From: a phage
DNA: 64,000 bases
Strand: one strand, 5' to 3'
Sequence record: PZ445526.1
Part shown: positions 43,161 through 52,729 of the stretch, piece by piece
How positions within the stretch are numbered: the stretch's first letter is position 1
How the letters are laid out: every line of letters starts with the position of its first letter
Program-made: the position numbers and the translations under genes
Notes under the pieces: generated by a model
Database searches by the model: none
What the model was told of the DNA's origin: nothing
Seen by the model: only the letters and a program-made list of their open reading frames with translations

Positions 43161-44976
43161 ACTGGCTCATCCATTCTTTACGAAGGTCAGCATTATCTCC
43201 CATGAGCATTTCAAAAAGCTCTTTCCAGTTCTCAGGAAGTTTAACAACATCATATACTGGATTTTGAATCATTTCACGATATTCAGATTTTTCCAAAGAG
43301 CCAAGTCCTTTAATATAACGGATGCTATGTTTAGGTAGAGCATCTTTGGCACTCTCATATTCAGCGACTGTATAAAACCATTCTTGTTTTTTACCGACCT
43401 GAGCGATGATTACAGGAGTTTTGACAAAGCGAATTCGTCCTTGCTCAAACAATTCTGGCCAATTACTAAAAAACCCGAGCAGAGAAGGATAAATGCTTCC
43501 TAGACCATCATGGTCAGCATCAGTCATAATAGCAATATTGCGATAATTCAAGTTTTCAGCTTTTTCACCAAGAACTAGACCAGTGATTGCGCAAATATCA
43601 AATAGTTCTTTGTTTTTAAGCATATCGGCATATGACATACCCCAGCTATTAAGAACTTTACCACGCAATGGATAACCACCATGAAGTTCTTTATCGCGAA
43701 CATCAATAAGATATCCGATAGCAGAATCACCCTCAGTCAAGAAAAGAGTAGTATCAGCATCTTTACCACAAAGGTTCGCTTTGATATGTTTATGAACCTT
43801 AGCTTTAGAAGCCTTTTTAGCTGCTTTAGTTTCAGCTGCTTTTTCTGCTGCCAATTTACGGGCCAAGGCAGCTTCAATAATTGGCATCAAAATAGCTTCA
43901 TTATTTAGAATAGCGCGTGAAATCTTTTTAGCATCAAGCTGAATATGACTACGAATTTCGCCAAATGGAGAAGTCAAACGCTCTTTAGTTTGAGAATCAA
44001 ATCGCATGTTTTTCATATCACGAACAAACATAACGATAGTCAAACATTCTTTAACACGTGCTTTAGTCACATCAATTTTGAACTTACGTTTGATTTGTGG
44101 AATAAGGTCTTCACAAATATCATCCATAACACAATCAATGTGATGGCCACCATTCTTAGTATGAATGTTATTGACGTACGTCAACTGACGAAAACCATCC
44201 GGTGAACGACCAACCGCAATAGAACAATTTTCTTGTTCTTGAACAATAGCATGTTCATCATACTGTCGTGCATATTTCTTAAAATTGCCCTGAACCTTTT
44301 TACCATTAAAGGTAAATTGAATATCAGGATAAACAACAGCAAGTGTCTGGAGACGATCTAGTGTAATGTCAAGATAAACTTGGGACAGCTCATTAGTTTC
44401 AAATGACATAAAATCAGGAATGAAAGTAACACGGGTTCCTTTCCATTTTCCAGGAATATCTTCCCATGATTTATTTTCCATGCCATTTGAACAACGAACT
44501 ACAATATTATTTTGACCATCACCAGTTTCACCAACAAACATCACAGAAAAAATGTTTGTCAAACTAGAACCAACACCATTCATACCGCCAGTGACGCGTT
44601 CTTTATCATCGCCGAAGTTACCACCTGCTTTTGGAATAGTCCAAGCAGCAACTGGACCAGGAATTTCTTCACCGGTAGGTGTTTTAACCATAGCCTGTGG
44701 AATACCACGACCGTTATCTTCAACTGTTACTTGATTGTTTTTAATAGTAACATTAATTTTATTTGCGAATTTAAACTTAGTACGAATACCTTCATCGACT
44801 GAGTTATCGATAATTTCATCAATAAGCTTAACAAGACCAGGTACATACTGAACACTTTCCCATTTACCAAACAGAAAGCGCTCATGCATTTCATTAGCAG
44901 AAGAGCCAATATACATGCCGCTACGCTTTTTGATATGTTCAATATCGCTCAGAATTTTAATTTCATTCTTAATCAT
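43159..44976 (-). CDS. 39: Topoisomerase II large ATPase subunit, single ORF covering the T4 gene 39 and gene 60 equivalents, 605 aa
   Basis: Begins MIKNEIKILSDIEHIKKRSGMYIGSS with GAGGA SD; one continuous ORF, no interruption. Confidence 0.93.
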   Translation of the reverse strand: MIKNEIKILSDIEHIKKRSGMYIGSSANEMHERFLFGKWESVQYVPGLVKLIDEIIDNSVDEGIRTKFKFANKINVTIKNNQVTVEDNGRGIPQAMVKTPTGEEIPGPVAAWTIPKAGGNFGDDKERVTGGMNGVGSSLTNIFSVMFVGETGDGQNNIVVRCSNGMENKSWEDIPGKWKGTRVTFIPDFMSFETNELSQVYLDITLDRLQTLAVVYPDIQFTFNGKKVQGNFKKYARQYDEHAIVQEQENCSIAVGRSPDGFRQLTYVNNIHTKNGGHHIDCVMDDICEDLIPQIKRKFKIDVTKARVKECLTIVMFVRDMKNMRFDSQTKERLTSPFGEIRSHIQLDAKKISRAILNNEAILMPIIEAALARKLAAEKAAETKAAKKASKAKVHKHIKANLCGKDADTTLFLTEGDSAIGYLIDVRDKELHGGYPLRGKVLNSWGMSYADMLKNKELFDICAITGLVLGEKAENLNYRNIAIMTDADHDGLGSIYPSLLGFFSNWPELFEQGRIRFVKTPVIIAQVGKKQEWFYTVAEYESAKDALPKHSIRYIKGLGSLEKSEYREMIQNPVYDVVKLPENWKELFEMLMGDNADLRKEWMSQ

Positions 44977-45030
44977 CACTTATCCTCGTTTGGTTTCGGG
45001 AATATTATACTCCGGTAATCATAAAGCTAA

Positions 45031-45046
45031 AGGCCCGAAGGCCTTT
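45031..45046 (-). terminator. Stem-loop/terminator candidate
   Basis: aggcc-cgaa-ggcct hairpin immediately after the lipoprotein ORF stop, followed on the minus strand by a U-rich tract. Confidence 0.45.
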
Positions 45047-45306
45047 TATTTAAAACGGATAGTCGAATCCTTGAAGAATAGACCAGAACATACTGTTCCT
45101 TCTACTTTCTGCCCAGTAGGTCCAACAGCACGAAATCCAGTGTGTTGGAAATCATTTTCAGAGCAACCGAACCAGTTATATCCAGTGATTTCAATATTAG
45201 TAAAACCACTTGAAGACAAAACTTTGGTTGCATTATCAGCATCAGTACATCCTACTAAAGACACTGCTAATACTAATGCTGCGATAGAACGATTAATATA
45301 TTTCAT
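45046..45306 (-). CDS. Lipoprotein, about 86 aa
   Basis: Signal peptide with lipobox LVGC (MKYINRSIAALVLAVSLVGCTD); track start is GTG at 45315, ATG at 45306. Confidence 0.5.
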   Translation of the reverse strand: MKYINRSIAALVLAVSLVGCTDADNATKVLSSSGFTNIEITGYNWFGCSENDFQHTGFRAVGPTGQKVEGTVCSGLFFKDSTIRFK

Positions 45307-45311
45307 AATTT

Positions 45312-45683
45312 TCACTTAAATTTAATGGCTTGAAGAAGACTAATAACTCTCAAGCGACTTCTTTCATCTTTAACTGTAAAGGAAAGAGGGTCACCAGATT
45401 TCATAGTGATAGTGCATCCAAAATCAAAATTTTCGGGAACTTCTTCGAAGAAGTCAAATTCTTCAGCATAAATTAGAACATTACTCTGCATACTGTGAAG
45501 AATTTTTCCATTATTTCCAGACGCTGTACTAATCATCGTAACATTATGACCTTTCATATCTTCAACGATAAATTCGCTTGAAGATATTACAGCATTAATA
45601 GAACCATTCCTATAAATAGCAGACATTAGATATTTCTTTTCTTCGCCTTCGCGAATACGATATTTCTTACCGATTTTAAACAT
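45312..45683 (-). CDS. Hypothetical protein, about 123 aa
   Basis: ATG at 45683 preceded by AAGGGTGA (track start GTG at 45689). Confidence 0.55.
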   Translation of the reverse strand: MFKIGKKYRIREGEEKKYLMSAIYRNGSINAVISSSEFIVEDMKGHNVTMISTASGNNGKILHSMQSNVLIYAEEFDFFEEVPENFDFGCTITMKSGDPLSFTVKDERSRLRVISLLQAIKFK

Positions 45684-45685
45684 AA

Positions 45686-45862
45686 TCACCCTTTAAGTAA
45701 GTCGTAAAATCCACCATTCACATGCTTAGGAGCAGAAGGCCGACGAGTAGACAAACGATGACATTTAGGACAAACATCATTTTCTCGTTCAGAAATCTTT
45801 TTAATTTTTTCATATTCATGCCCGCAGTCTTCAGATTGGCATTTATAATCATACATTGGCAT
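45686..45862 (-). CDS. Zinc-ribbon small protein, 58 aa
   Basis: Hand-translated MPMYDYKCQSEDCGHEYEKIKKISERENDVCPKCHRL... with CxxC...CPxC spacing; not in the ORF track. Confidence 0.5.
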   Translation of the reverse strand: MPMYDYKCQSEDCGHEYEKIKKISERENDVCPKCHRLSTRRPSAPKHVNGGFYDLLKG

Positions 45863-45864
45863 AA

Positions 45865-46269
45865 TTATTCCTTAAAATGAGCTTTCAGCATCTGATACAA
45901 AGACCATGCTTGTTCATTATTTTCAATAGTAACTTTCATGACCGGGAATTCTGTGAAATCTTCTATCTGTTCTTGCTCTTCAGAAGCTTGGTATGGATTT
46001 TCCACTTCATCAAAGAACTCTGCTTCATTCGTGGAGAGCCAGATAAAGTTTTCGTCAAGGATATCAGCGCCGGCACAACGTTTGAGTACACCTGTGGATG
46101 TCACAATTTTAGTAGGACGACTTAGATGGTCAGCATCTAAAATTTTAAAAGGCTCCATACCTAAACGTCGTGCATAGATTCCGTTATCAGTATGGTCTTT
46201 AATAAAATTTTCTTGTGCTTGTTTATTTTTAAATTGATACCATTTATTAACTTCAAATTTAATAGCCAT
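45865..46269 (-). CDS. Hypothetical acidic protein, 134 aa
   Basis: ATG-initiated ORF. Confidence 0.6.
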   Translation of the reverse strand: MAIKFEVNKWYQFKNKQAQENFIKDHTDNGIYARRLGMEPFKILDADHLSRPTKIVTSTGVLKRCAGADILDENFIWLSTNEAEFFDEVENPYQASEEQEQIEDFTEFPVMKVTIENNEQAWSLYQMLKAHFKE

Positions 46270-46484
46270 TAATAAATTTCCTTCCAGTAAGTTGTGCCGT
46301 CTTCAGTAATTTCACGAAATACACCGTAAATTGGCTGTTTATCACCGACTTTCTCATACACATAAACCGAAGTCAAGTGAGTAAACTTAACGGTATGTTC
46401 CTTTTGAACCACTACCAAATCTGGATCAAATAATACATCTTCAAATTCGTCATTAGTGCAATTCTGAACAATTTTACGTTTCAT
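46269..46484 (-). CDS. Hypothetical protein, 71 aa
   Basis: ATG-initiated ORF. Confidence 0.55.
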   Translation of the reverse strand: MKRKIVQNCTNDEFEDVLFDPDLVVVQKEHTVKFTHLTSVYVYEKVGDKQPIYGVFREITEDGTTYWKEIY

Positions 46485-46497
46485 TACAATTTCCTCA

Positions 46498-46770
46498 TTA
46501 ATTAAATAGTGGAGCGATACGTTTCAGAAGAGTAGCAACACCTTTAGCGAATTTTACATCATGAAAAACAGTTTCTTCTTCTGTAACAACACGAACTTTA
46601 ATATTTTCGCAATCCCAATTTTTGCGAACAATCTTCAAAAGCTGTAGTAAATCTTTACATTCAGCAATATCAATAACACATCCACGAGAATCTTCCATTA
46701 TCGCACGATAACCGTAAGCCATACCATAATCGTTGAAAGATTGTTCGATGATGATGATTAAGTTTTCCAT
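46498..46770 (-). CDS. Hypothetical protein, about 90 aa
   Basis: ATG at 46770 preceded by GGAGAA (track start TTG at 46782). Confidence 0.55.
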   Translation of the reverse strand: MENLIIIIEQSFNDYGMAYGYRAIMEDSRGCVIDIAECKDLLQLLKIVRKNWDCENIKVRVVTEEETVFHDVKFAKGVATLLKRIAPLFN

Positions 46771-46867
46771 TTTATTCTCCAAGTTGTTTTCTGTATCAGT
46801 AGTTGATATTGATATAGTACCATAATCAACTACTGATGTATATAGTTTTATGAAAAAATTTTAAACT

Positions 46868-47359
46868 TTATGCACAGCGAGCTTTGCTATAGTGTTTAAT
46901 CCAACTTTCAGGAATGACTTTGTATGTTCCTAAAAATACCACATTATACAACTTAACACCGTCTTCTACCCATTGATCGGTAATGTATGCACACATAGCG
47001 CGAGTACGATTAACAACACCTTCCTCACCTTCAGTAAATTCAAACTCATAAGGAGCAACGAACTTGATAGCTTGACCGAGTTTCCACTTAAAGTCTACGC
47101 CTACATGCGAAGTATCAATCGTTTCAATTCCTTTAGCAGGAACAGCTTTCAAAAACGCAGACTCAAGAAATTTCGCACGAACATAGCCAAACTGGGGTTT
47201 AGACTTTCCATCTTTAGGAATGATACGAACTTTTACTTCAGAATCTTCATCTTTAACACCATGCTTAAGCTGAATGCTTACAACTTCGACCAATTTTCCT
47301 GCTGCTTTAGAGCGGGATTTATCAGATACACGAGCTAATTCACCAATATTAATAATCAT
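46868..47359 (-). CDS. Hypothetical protein, 163 aa; paralog of the next ORF
   Basis: C-terminus ITDQWVEDGVKLYNVVFLGTYKVIPES aligns with VTDQWIEDGVELLNVVHAGEYSVVPRS of 47432..47866. Confidence 0.6.
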   Translation of the reverse strand: MIINIGELARVSDKSRSKAAGKLVEVVSIQLKHGVKDEDSEVKVRIIPKDGKSKPQFGYVRAKFLESAFLKAVPAKGIETIDTSHVGVDFKWKLGQAIKFVAPYEFEFTEGEEGVVNRTRAMCAYITDQWVEDGVKLYNVVFLGTYKVIPESWIKHYSKARCA

Positions 47360-47431
47360 AGTTATCTCTCACTTGTTAAAAGATTTTATACTCCACGGGA
47401 CCATTATACTCTGGTCCCAAAAGTTTGTAAA

Positions 47432-47866
47432 CTAGCTTACACGAACATTAATCACTGCGCTACGAGGAACTACAGAGTATTCTCCAGCATGAACTACGTT
47501 CAGAAGTTCAACGCCATCTTCAATCCACTGGTCAGTTACCCAACCACCAATCGGATTCGCGAATGGACGACGAATGTAAACCGCCTTACACAACAAATCA
47601 GTCGGATCTTCAGGTTTTTCAATTTCTGTCAATAGATTAAAATCTTCTTCATAGATGATGAATGATGATACCCTTCCATAATAGTTTCTAATTTCCATGT
47701 ACACTGTACCAATGAGAATTCCGCTATTAACACTAATAACAGTAAAAGGATATCCGCCAGTTGTACCAAGAAGTTCCCAAAACTTGCTATCAGTCGTATT
47801 TGACATTGTCTGGAAATCAATTTCAGATGGTTTTTTCATTTGATACGCAGTATTAATTTTAATCAT
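47432..47866 (-). CDS. Hypothetical protein, 144 aa; paralog of the previous ORF
   Basis: Shared C-terminal domain with 46868..47359. Confidence 0.6.
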   Translation of the reverse strand: MIKINTAYQMKKPSEIDFQTMSNTTDSKFWELLGTTGGYPFTVISVNSGILIGTVYMEIRNYYGRVSSFIIYEEDFNLLTEIEKPEDPTDLLCKAVYIRRPFANPIGGWVTDQWIEDGVELLNVVHAGEYSVVPRSAVINVRVS

Positions 47867-47876
47867 GATTTTCTCT

Positions 47877-48377
47877 TTAATCTAAAGTAATAAAGCCTTT
47901 TAATTCGGCATGTGATTTGCGGAACATTACTTGGTGCCCGCCAATGATAACTTGATCATCTGGAACTTCGTATACAGCGAGATAAAATCCTTTAGAAGAT
48001 AATTCTTCACGCTCTTCTCGTGTGAACCATCTCATCATATCATATTCGCTAGCGAAAGCAAAATGATAAAGAGCTATAAACCATCCTGGAATATGATATT
48101 CTACTCCAACATAATCTTTCTTGAACTTAATATTAATTGCTATATTAGCATTTTTAACTAATAATTTGTCTTCGTGCGGAAGAGGAATTCTTTTATTATC
48201 ATTACTATGATGCATAAAATTAGGTCTGTCATAACCTACGTGTAATAACCACTCTTCGCTCCATGAATCTATTATACTCCTGTATGGCGTTATTTGAACA
48301 CAAAGATTTCGACGTATTGTTATAGCATCTTCATAATTAAGAATACTAAACGATGATTCAACACGATAAATTTTCAT
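47877..48377 (-). CDS. Hypothetical protein, 166 aa
   Basis: ATG-initiated ORF upstream of the paralog pair. Confidence 0.6.
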   Translation of the reverse strand: MKIYRVESSFSILNYEDAITIRRNLCVQITPYRSIIDSWSEEWLLHVGYDRPNFMHHSNDNKRIPLPHEDKLLVKNANIAINIKFKKDYVGVEYHIPGWFIALYHFAFASEYDMMRWFTREEREELSSKGFYLAVYEVPDDQVIIGGHQVMFRKSHAELKGFITLD

Positions 48378-48440
48378 TTTATTATCCTCAGTAGCTATGG
48401 TGTTATAATACCATAACTAACCGAGGAAGTAAACAACTTT

Positions 48441-49124
48441 TTATCGTTTTGTTGGAAGAGATAGAGGATCGCAATCTTCCTCTGATGGAGCATCTTCAAG
48501 ACCCATAGCATATCGCAAAGCGTACTTCATCATCAGGATGTCTTTCGCACAGTCATGAATAGAATCATGTGCAACGAATCCATCTAAAGTTCCCTTTGGA
48601 AGAGGACATGTGGTCATATCACGAACAAGGAGAAGTGCTTCAATTCTGGTACGAATATCACGCTGATTCCAGAATTTACATGGTTCTAGCTTAAATGTGT
48701 CAAGTTCATTCTCAGAAACACCATTAAGACGTTGAATATCACGAATTAGATCGACTAAAATTGGAAAATCAAACGACATTCCACGGCACCAGCCTTGAGA
48801 TTTCCAAGGATCGATATTATGCGCATTGATGTAATCATTAAATTTTGCAATACCATCGATGGTGCTTACATCTTCATCTGATGGTGCAATATTTTTTCGA
48901 GCTTCAGGAGATTGATTCTTCCACCATTCGATAGTACTTTTAGTAAAAAGACGATGTCCTTTTTGGCTTTTTAAATCAAATTTGATTTTAATGCCGCGTG
49001 AAACTAATTCATCAAATGTTTCAACTACTTCTGGGTTAGGGTCAAAAGCAATTACAGCTAAATCAATAACAGCTGCTTTTTCACCACTTCCCATTGTTTC
49101 AAAATCTATAATAAAATCAAACAT
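48441..49124 (-). CDS. dexA: Exonuclease A (DEDD 3'-5' exonuclease), 227 aa
   Basis: N-terminal DFETMG exonuclease motif; 227 aa; recognised as T4 DexA. Confidence 0.9.
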   Translation of the reverse strand: MFDFIIDFETMGSGEKAAVIDLAVIAFDPNPEVVETFDELVSRGIKIKFDLKSQKGHRLFTKSTIEWWKNQSPEARKNIAPSDEDVSTIDGIAKFNDYINAHNIDPWKSQGWCRGMSFDFPILVDLIRDIQRLNGVSENELDTFKLEPCKFWNQRDIRTRIEALLLVRDMTTCPLPKGTLDGFVAHDSIHDCAKDILMMKYALRYAMGLEDAPSEEDCDPLSLPTKR

Positions 49125-49366
49125 TAAATTTTCCTTGCTAAATCGCGAATTTGACCTACAGTATAGTCTTGAATATAAACTTTATTAATAGGTTCATCAA
49201 TAAATTTTGCCATAGATTCAATATCTTTTTGCATCTCTTCAAGACTGTATATTATCTTTAAAGCTTTTTCGCGAATAGTAATATTTTCAGGACCAGAATT
49301 TTTCTCAATGACAGCTTTAACATTTGTCATAAGAGATTTAAACTGACACCAACTTAATTCAATCAT
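49124..49366 (-). CDS. Hypothetical small protein, about 80 aa; paralog of the next ORF
   Basis: ATG at 49366 (track start GTG at 49399); C-terminal region resembles the upstream ORF. Confidence 0.5.
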   Translation of the reverse strand: MIELSWCQFKSLMTNVKAVIEKNSGPENITIREKALKIIYSLEEMQKDIESMAKFIDEPINKVYIQDYTVGQIRDLARKI

Positions 49367-49604
49367 TAATAACCGCCTTATAAAGATGGCTAATTTCACC
49401 TAAAATGTAATCACCGATTGTAACAGTTTTTACTTCACCACAAAAGAATTCTAACGCAATTAAATCTCGTTCAATTTCTTCCAATTGAAGCATTAACTTG
49501 CCTGATTCAGTTTTCACATTTTTGCGATTTTTGCTATAAGCTATTTCATAAATTTCGCTTACTTTATCTTGAAGAAGATAAAACTGATCTTTAGTTATTT
49601 CCAC
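49359..49604 (-). CDS. Hypothetical small protein, about 81 aa; start uncertain
   Basis: Track start TTG at 49619 lacks an SD; GTG at 49604 is preceded by GAGGAAG. Confidence 0.4.
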   Translation of the reverse strand: MEITKDQFYLLQDKVSEIYEIAYSKNRKNVKTESGKLMLQLEEIERDLIALEFFCGEVKTVTIGDYILGEISHLYKAVIND

Positions 49605-49625
49605 GAATAGCTTCCTCAAATTTAA

Positions 49626-50945
49626 TCATACATAAAATACATCATAACGACCACGGGTGACACCAACATAAAGAAGTTGTTGAGCCAATTCAGCATCTGC
49701 ATAATGAATACAAGGCGTATAAATGAAAGCACGGTCTACAGACATACCCTGTGCTTTATGGAATGTTGATGCAGGAAGTGCTTTCACTTTACTAAACTGT
49801 GATTTAGCATCCCAAAAATCACTCCACGGAGCTTTTCCACCTTTATTCCAGTTTTTATAAGTTTCTGCTGTTTTACCTAAAAATAGGTTAAACTTATATA
49901 GCTCTTCATCAGATGAAATTATTTTAATCTTTTCACGATAATATTCATCATCGCCGTAAGTTTCTACTGTTAAATCCCAATGACGAATTAAGTATTCTCC
50001 AGGAACACCACGAGCTTTAACAAACGTTGATGTATACTCTGCTTCTATAATACGAACTAACTGTCCGTTATTAAAAATAATTTCTGACACAGGCTTTCCA
50101 TCAATTTTATATGTTTTAATTAATGGTTCCTGCATTACAATAATTTCACCGACAATAAAATCTTTATCAGTTTCAAAAATCTTTTTACGAATAATGCTAT
50201 TTAACTTGTCAACAGATTTATTCGTAAATGCCATTACGCGATTTTCAAACAAATCATCTAGTGATTTGACGATTGAAAAATAATTTACCATAAAATCGCG
50301 TAAAGCGGTATCACCAGTAAATCCACGTACTCCATGCCCGTCAACAACTTTATCATAAATCCACTTACCGTTGCGAACATCAGTAGCTACATCAATAATA
50401 GGAGCATTACTGCGTTTAACTTCAGTAAGTTCACACTGATAAAAATCTTTGTGTGTAAAGAATGGACTGATATAAGCAGTATTTTCTCCTGGGTCAACAG
50501 GTCTAATTTGCTTATTATCACCTATTCCAATTATAGTACACCAAGGTGGGATAGTTGAAAGCAGAATTTTAAATAGCTTTCTATCATACATTGATACTTC
50601 GTCGCAGATTAATACCCTGCATTTAGCTAAATCTGGTACTTCCTTCTGTTCAAAAAGAACATTTTCTTCATATGTTACTGGGTTAATTTTAAGAATACTA
50701 TGAATAGTACTCGCTTCTTTCCCTGATAGTTTTGAAAGAATCTTTTTAGCTGCATGAGTAGGAGCTGCTAAAATAATACCAGTTTCACCCGTAGATATTA
50801 AAGCTTCAATGATGAACTTAGTAAGAGTAGTCTTACCGGTACCGGCAGGTCCATTAATAGTTACATGGTGTTTCTTTTCTTTAATAGCCTTCATAACAAT
50901 GTTAAAAGCATTTTTCTGGCCTTCGGTCAAATCATCAAATGTCAT
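49626..50945 (-). CDS. dda: Dda DNA helicase (SF1B), 439 aa
   Basis: Walker A GPAGTGKTT; 439 aa; recognised as T4 Dda. Confidence 0.93.
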   Translation of the reverse strand: MTFDDLTEGQKNAFNIVMKAIKEKKHHVTINGPAGTGKTTLTKFIIEALISTGETGIILAAPTHAAKKILSKLSGKEASTIHSILKINPVTYEENVLFEQKEVPDLAKCRVLICDEVSMYDRKLFKILLSTIPPWCTIIGIGDNKQIRPVDPGENTAYISPFFTHKDFYQCELTEVKRSNAPIIDVATDVRNGKWIYDKVVDGHGVRGFTGDTALRDFMVNYFSIVKSLDDLFENRVMAFTNKSVDKLNSIIRKKIFETDKDFIVGEIIVMQEPLIKTYKIDGKPVSEIIFNNGQLVRIIEAEYTSTFVKARGVPGEYLIRHWDLTVETYGDDEYYREKIKIISSDEELYKFNLFLGKTAETYKNWNKGGKAPWSDFWDAKSQFSKVKALPASTFHKAQGMSVDRAFIYTPCIHYADAELAQQLLYVGVTRGRYDVFYV

Positions 50946-51253
50946 CGTAAATTCCCTGCAATTGGTATACTAACAATACGCCCAGTATCTAAAATTCGCT
51001 GATATAATCTTTGTGTGTCTACGTCAGGCTTAACATGTTTAACTTCTATTTTATTAAACCAAAACTTGCGTGGAGTCTCAACTAATCTTGGAATTCCCTT
51101 ACCTAAAGCTAGTTGATACTGCTCTTTAAGAGTGGTAAATACTTTATCAGCAATCTTCCATTCAAAAAATACAGCAGGACGATGTTCATCAAGCGGAACT
51201 GGCGCCGTAAATCCGTCTTTGTCTCGGTAAACTATCGCATATACATAAACCAT
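50942..51253 (-). CDS. Hypothetical protein, 103 aa
   Basis: ATG-initiated ORF overlapping the dda start. Confidence 0.55.
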   Translation of the reverse strand: MVYVYAIVYRDKDGFTAPVPLDEHRPAVFFEWKIADKVFTTLKEQYQLALGKGIPRLVETPRKFWFNKIEVKHVKPDVDTQRLYQRILDTGRIVSIPIAGNLR

Positions 51254-51254
51254 A

Positions 51255-52001
51255 TTATCCTCGGATAAGTTTAAAAATTGAACAATTTAGCGGATATCCT
51301 CTTTTCAGTTTAAGTTTATCAATAAAAGACAAATTTTGATACCGCTCTACACCTTGAATAATTTTATCACACATATCATATTGCATTTCTGCTTCTGACA
51401 ACTTTTTCACAATTTTCCAATCCGAACCTTTAAGAAGAACGTTCAATTTAACAACTTCAGCGCCTTCTGCTATACGAGAACCATCAATACGAGCTTTAAG
51501 TGCTATAATTCTTAGCTTAATGTCAGAGGTCTGTTTTGATTTAGAAAGCTGAGAAATGTGTTCAATTCGATTTTCACGTTTTTTCTGTATAGCTTTAATT
51601 TGATTATAAGTCTTTTTGATTTTAGCCCATTTCTTTTCATCTAAATTTAGTTTATGAACTTTTTTCGCAGATGAACGACCAATTCGCAAAGCAAATAAAT
51701 CCCGTTTTTCAATCAACTCCTCTAAAGTATAATCAGAACGAAATGTATTATACTTTTTCTTTACTGCAATAACATTCCCTTTAATGTATCCAACGTTATT
51801 ATCAAAACGTTCTAATGATAATTTCTCTCCTTCAATACGATTATCAAAAGGTTCTCCCGAGTAAGCACAAACTTTTTGATCTAAAATGTTCTTAATGTAA
51901 TTGAAGTCTAAGTTAAAATCTTTAGAACGTCTTTTTGCAGATGCCTGAGTATGCTCTAAACGACGTTTAATTTTACGAATTTGGTTATTAGACAGCTTCA
52001 T
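51255..52001 (-). CDS. srd: Lys/Arg-rich protein, 248 aa; srd-like by position
   Basis: Sits where T4 srd lies, between dda and modA; the name rests on position and size only. Confidence 0.45.
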   Translation of the reverse strand: MKLSNNQIRKIKRRLEHTQASAKRRSKDFNLDFNYIKNILDQKVCAYSGEPFDNRIEGEKLSLERFDNNVGYIKGNVIAVKKKYNTFRSDYTLEELIEKRDLFALRIGRSSAKKVHKLNLDEKKWAKIKKTYNQIKAIQKKRENRIEHISQLSKSKQTSDIKLRIIALKARIDGSRIAEGAEVVKLNVLLKGSDWKIVKKLSEAEMQYDMCDKIIQGVERYQNLSFIDKLKLKRGYPLNCSIFKLIRG

Positions 52002-52126
52002 ATTTTTCTCACATCTTACGGACGGTTAACTACTTATACTATAACATTTTTACTTTAACTTTTGTAAACAACTTTATGTAAAAATGCTTTAAAAATTTCA
52101 TGGTATAATGAATCTAAGTCCTTCCA

Positions 52127-52729
52127 TTATAGATTAAATCCTTCAAAATCAAGAGTATAGATAGTGTATGTTGAATACTTTTTGTACTCATATCTATCTG
52201 CAATTCTAAATACACTTCCAGCTGGTATCATTACTTCTTGTTCATCTGAAACTAATTCCATATTACGATAACGATGGCTATCCGGAAACTTAAAGTTTGG
52301 ATTGTATTCTTTACAGCGTAGAGCTTTTATAGCATACTCCTGGAAATTGAATACCATAGGAGCTTTGAATTCAAAGATAACTTGTGTGTTATACTCTAAA
52401 CCGGAAGCAAAATGTAGAGCTATATTTTTATCATATGAAGCTGATACGACTTTATCAAATGTAATAATATCAATTCCTTGATTTAATACTTGTTTAGTCT
52501 CAGCTGGAACACCTCTCCAAAGAGGTTTATCGTTTGGAACCAAACGAGATTTGATTATTTCATTTAACCAAGAATGATCGTCTGGTTTATTAGTAATACA
52601 ATGAATTAAAAGTTCAATTTCAGATAAATTAAACCCTTCAGAAAGTAATTCTTCACGAATAGAAGCACGCACCGATGCATCCATTGATTTTATTTTAAAA
52701 TCTTTTAGTTGCATTACTGAGTATTTCAT
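52127..52729 (-). CDS. modA: ADP-ribosyltransferase ModA, 200 aa
   Basis: 200 aa with R-S-E type ART residues (WRGV..., SASYD, EQEVMIP); position and size match T4 ModA. Confidence 0.75.
   Translation of the reverse strand: MKYSVMQLKDFKIKSMDASVRASIREELLSEGFNLSEIELLIHCITNKPDDHSWLNEIIKSRLVPNDKPLWRGVPAETKQVLNQGIDIITFDKVVSASYDKNIALHFASGLEYNTQVIFEFKAPMVFNFQEYAIKALRCKEYNPNFKFPDSHRYRNMELVSDEQEVMIPAGSVFRIADRYEYKKYSTYTIYTLDFEGFNL

Noticed and set aside
51255-52001. HNH-like residue spacing (CAYSGEPF...LSLERFDNNVGY...GNVIAV) in the srd-like ORF
   Set aside because: The catalytic His and second Cys are missing; too degenerate to call a nuclease without a profile search.
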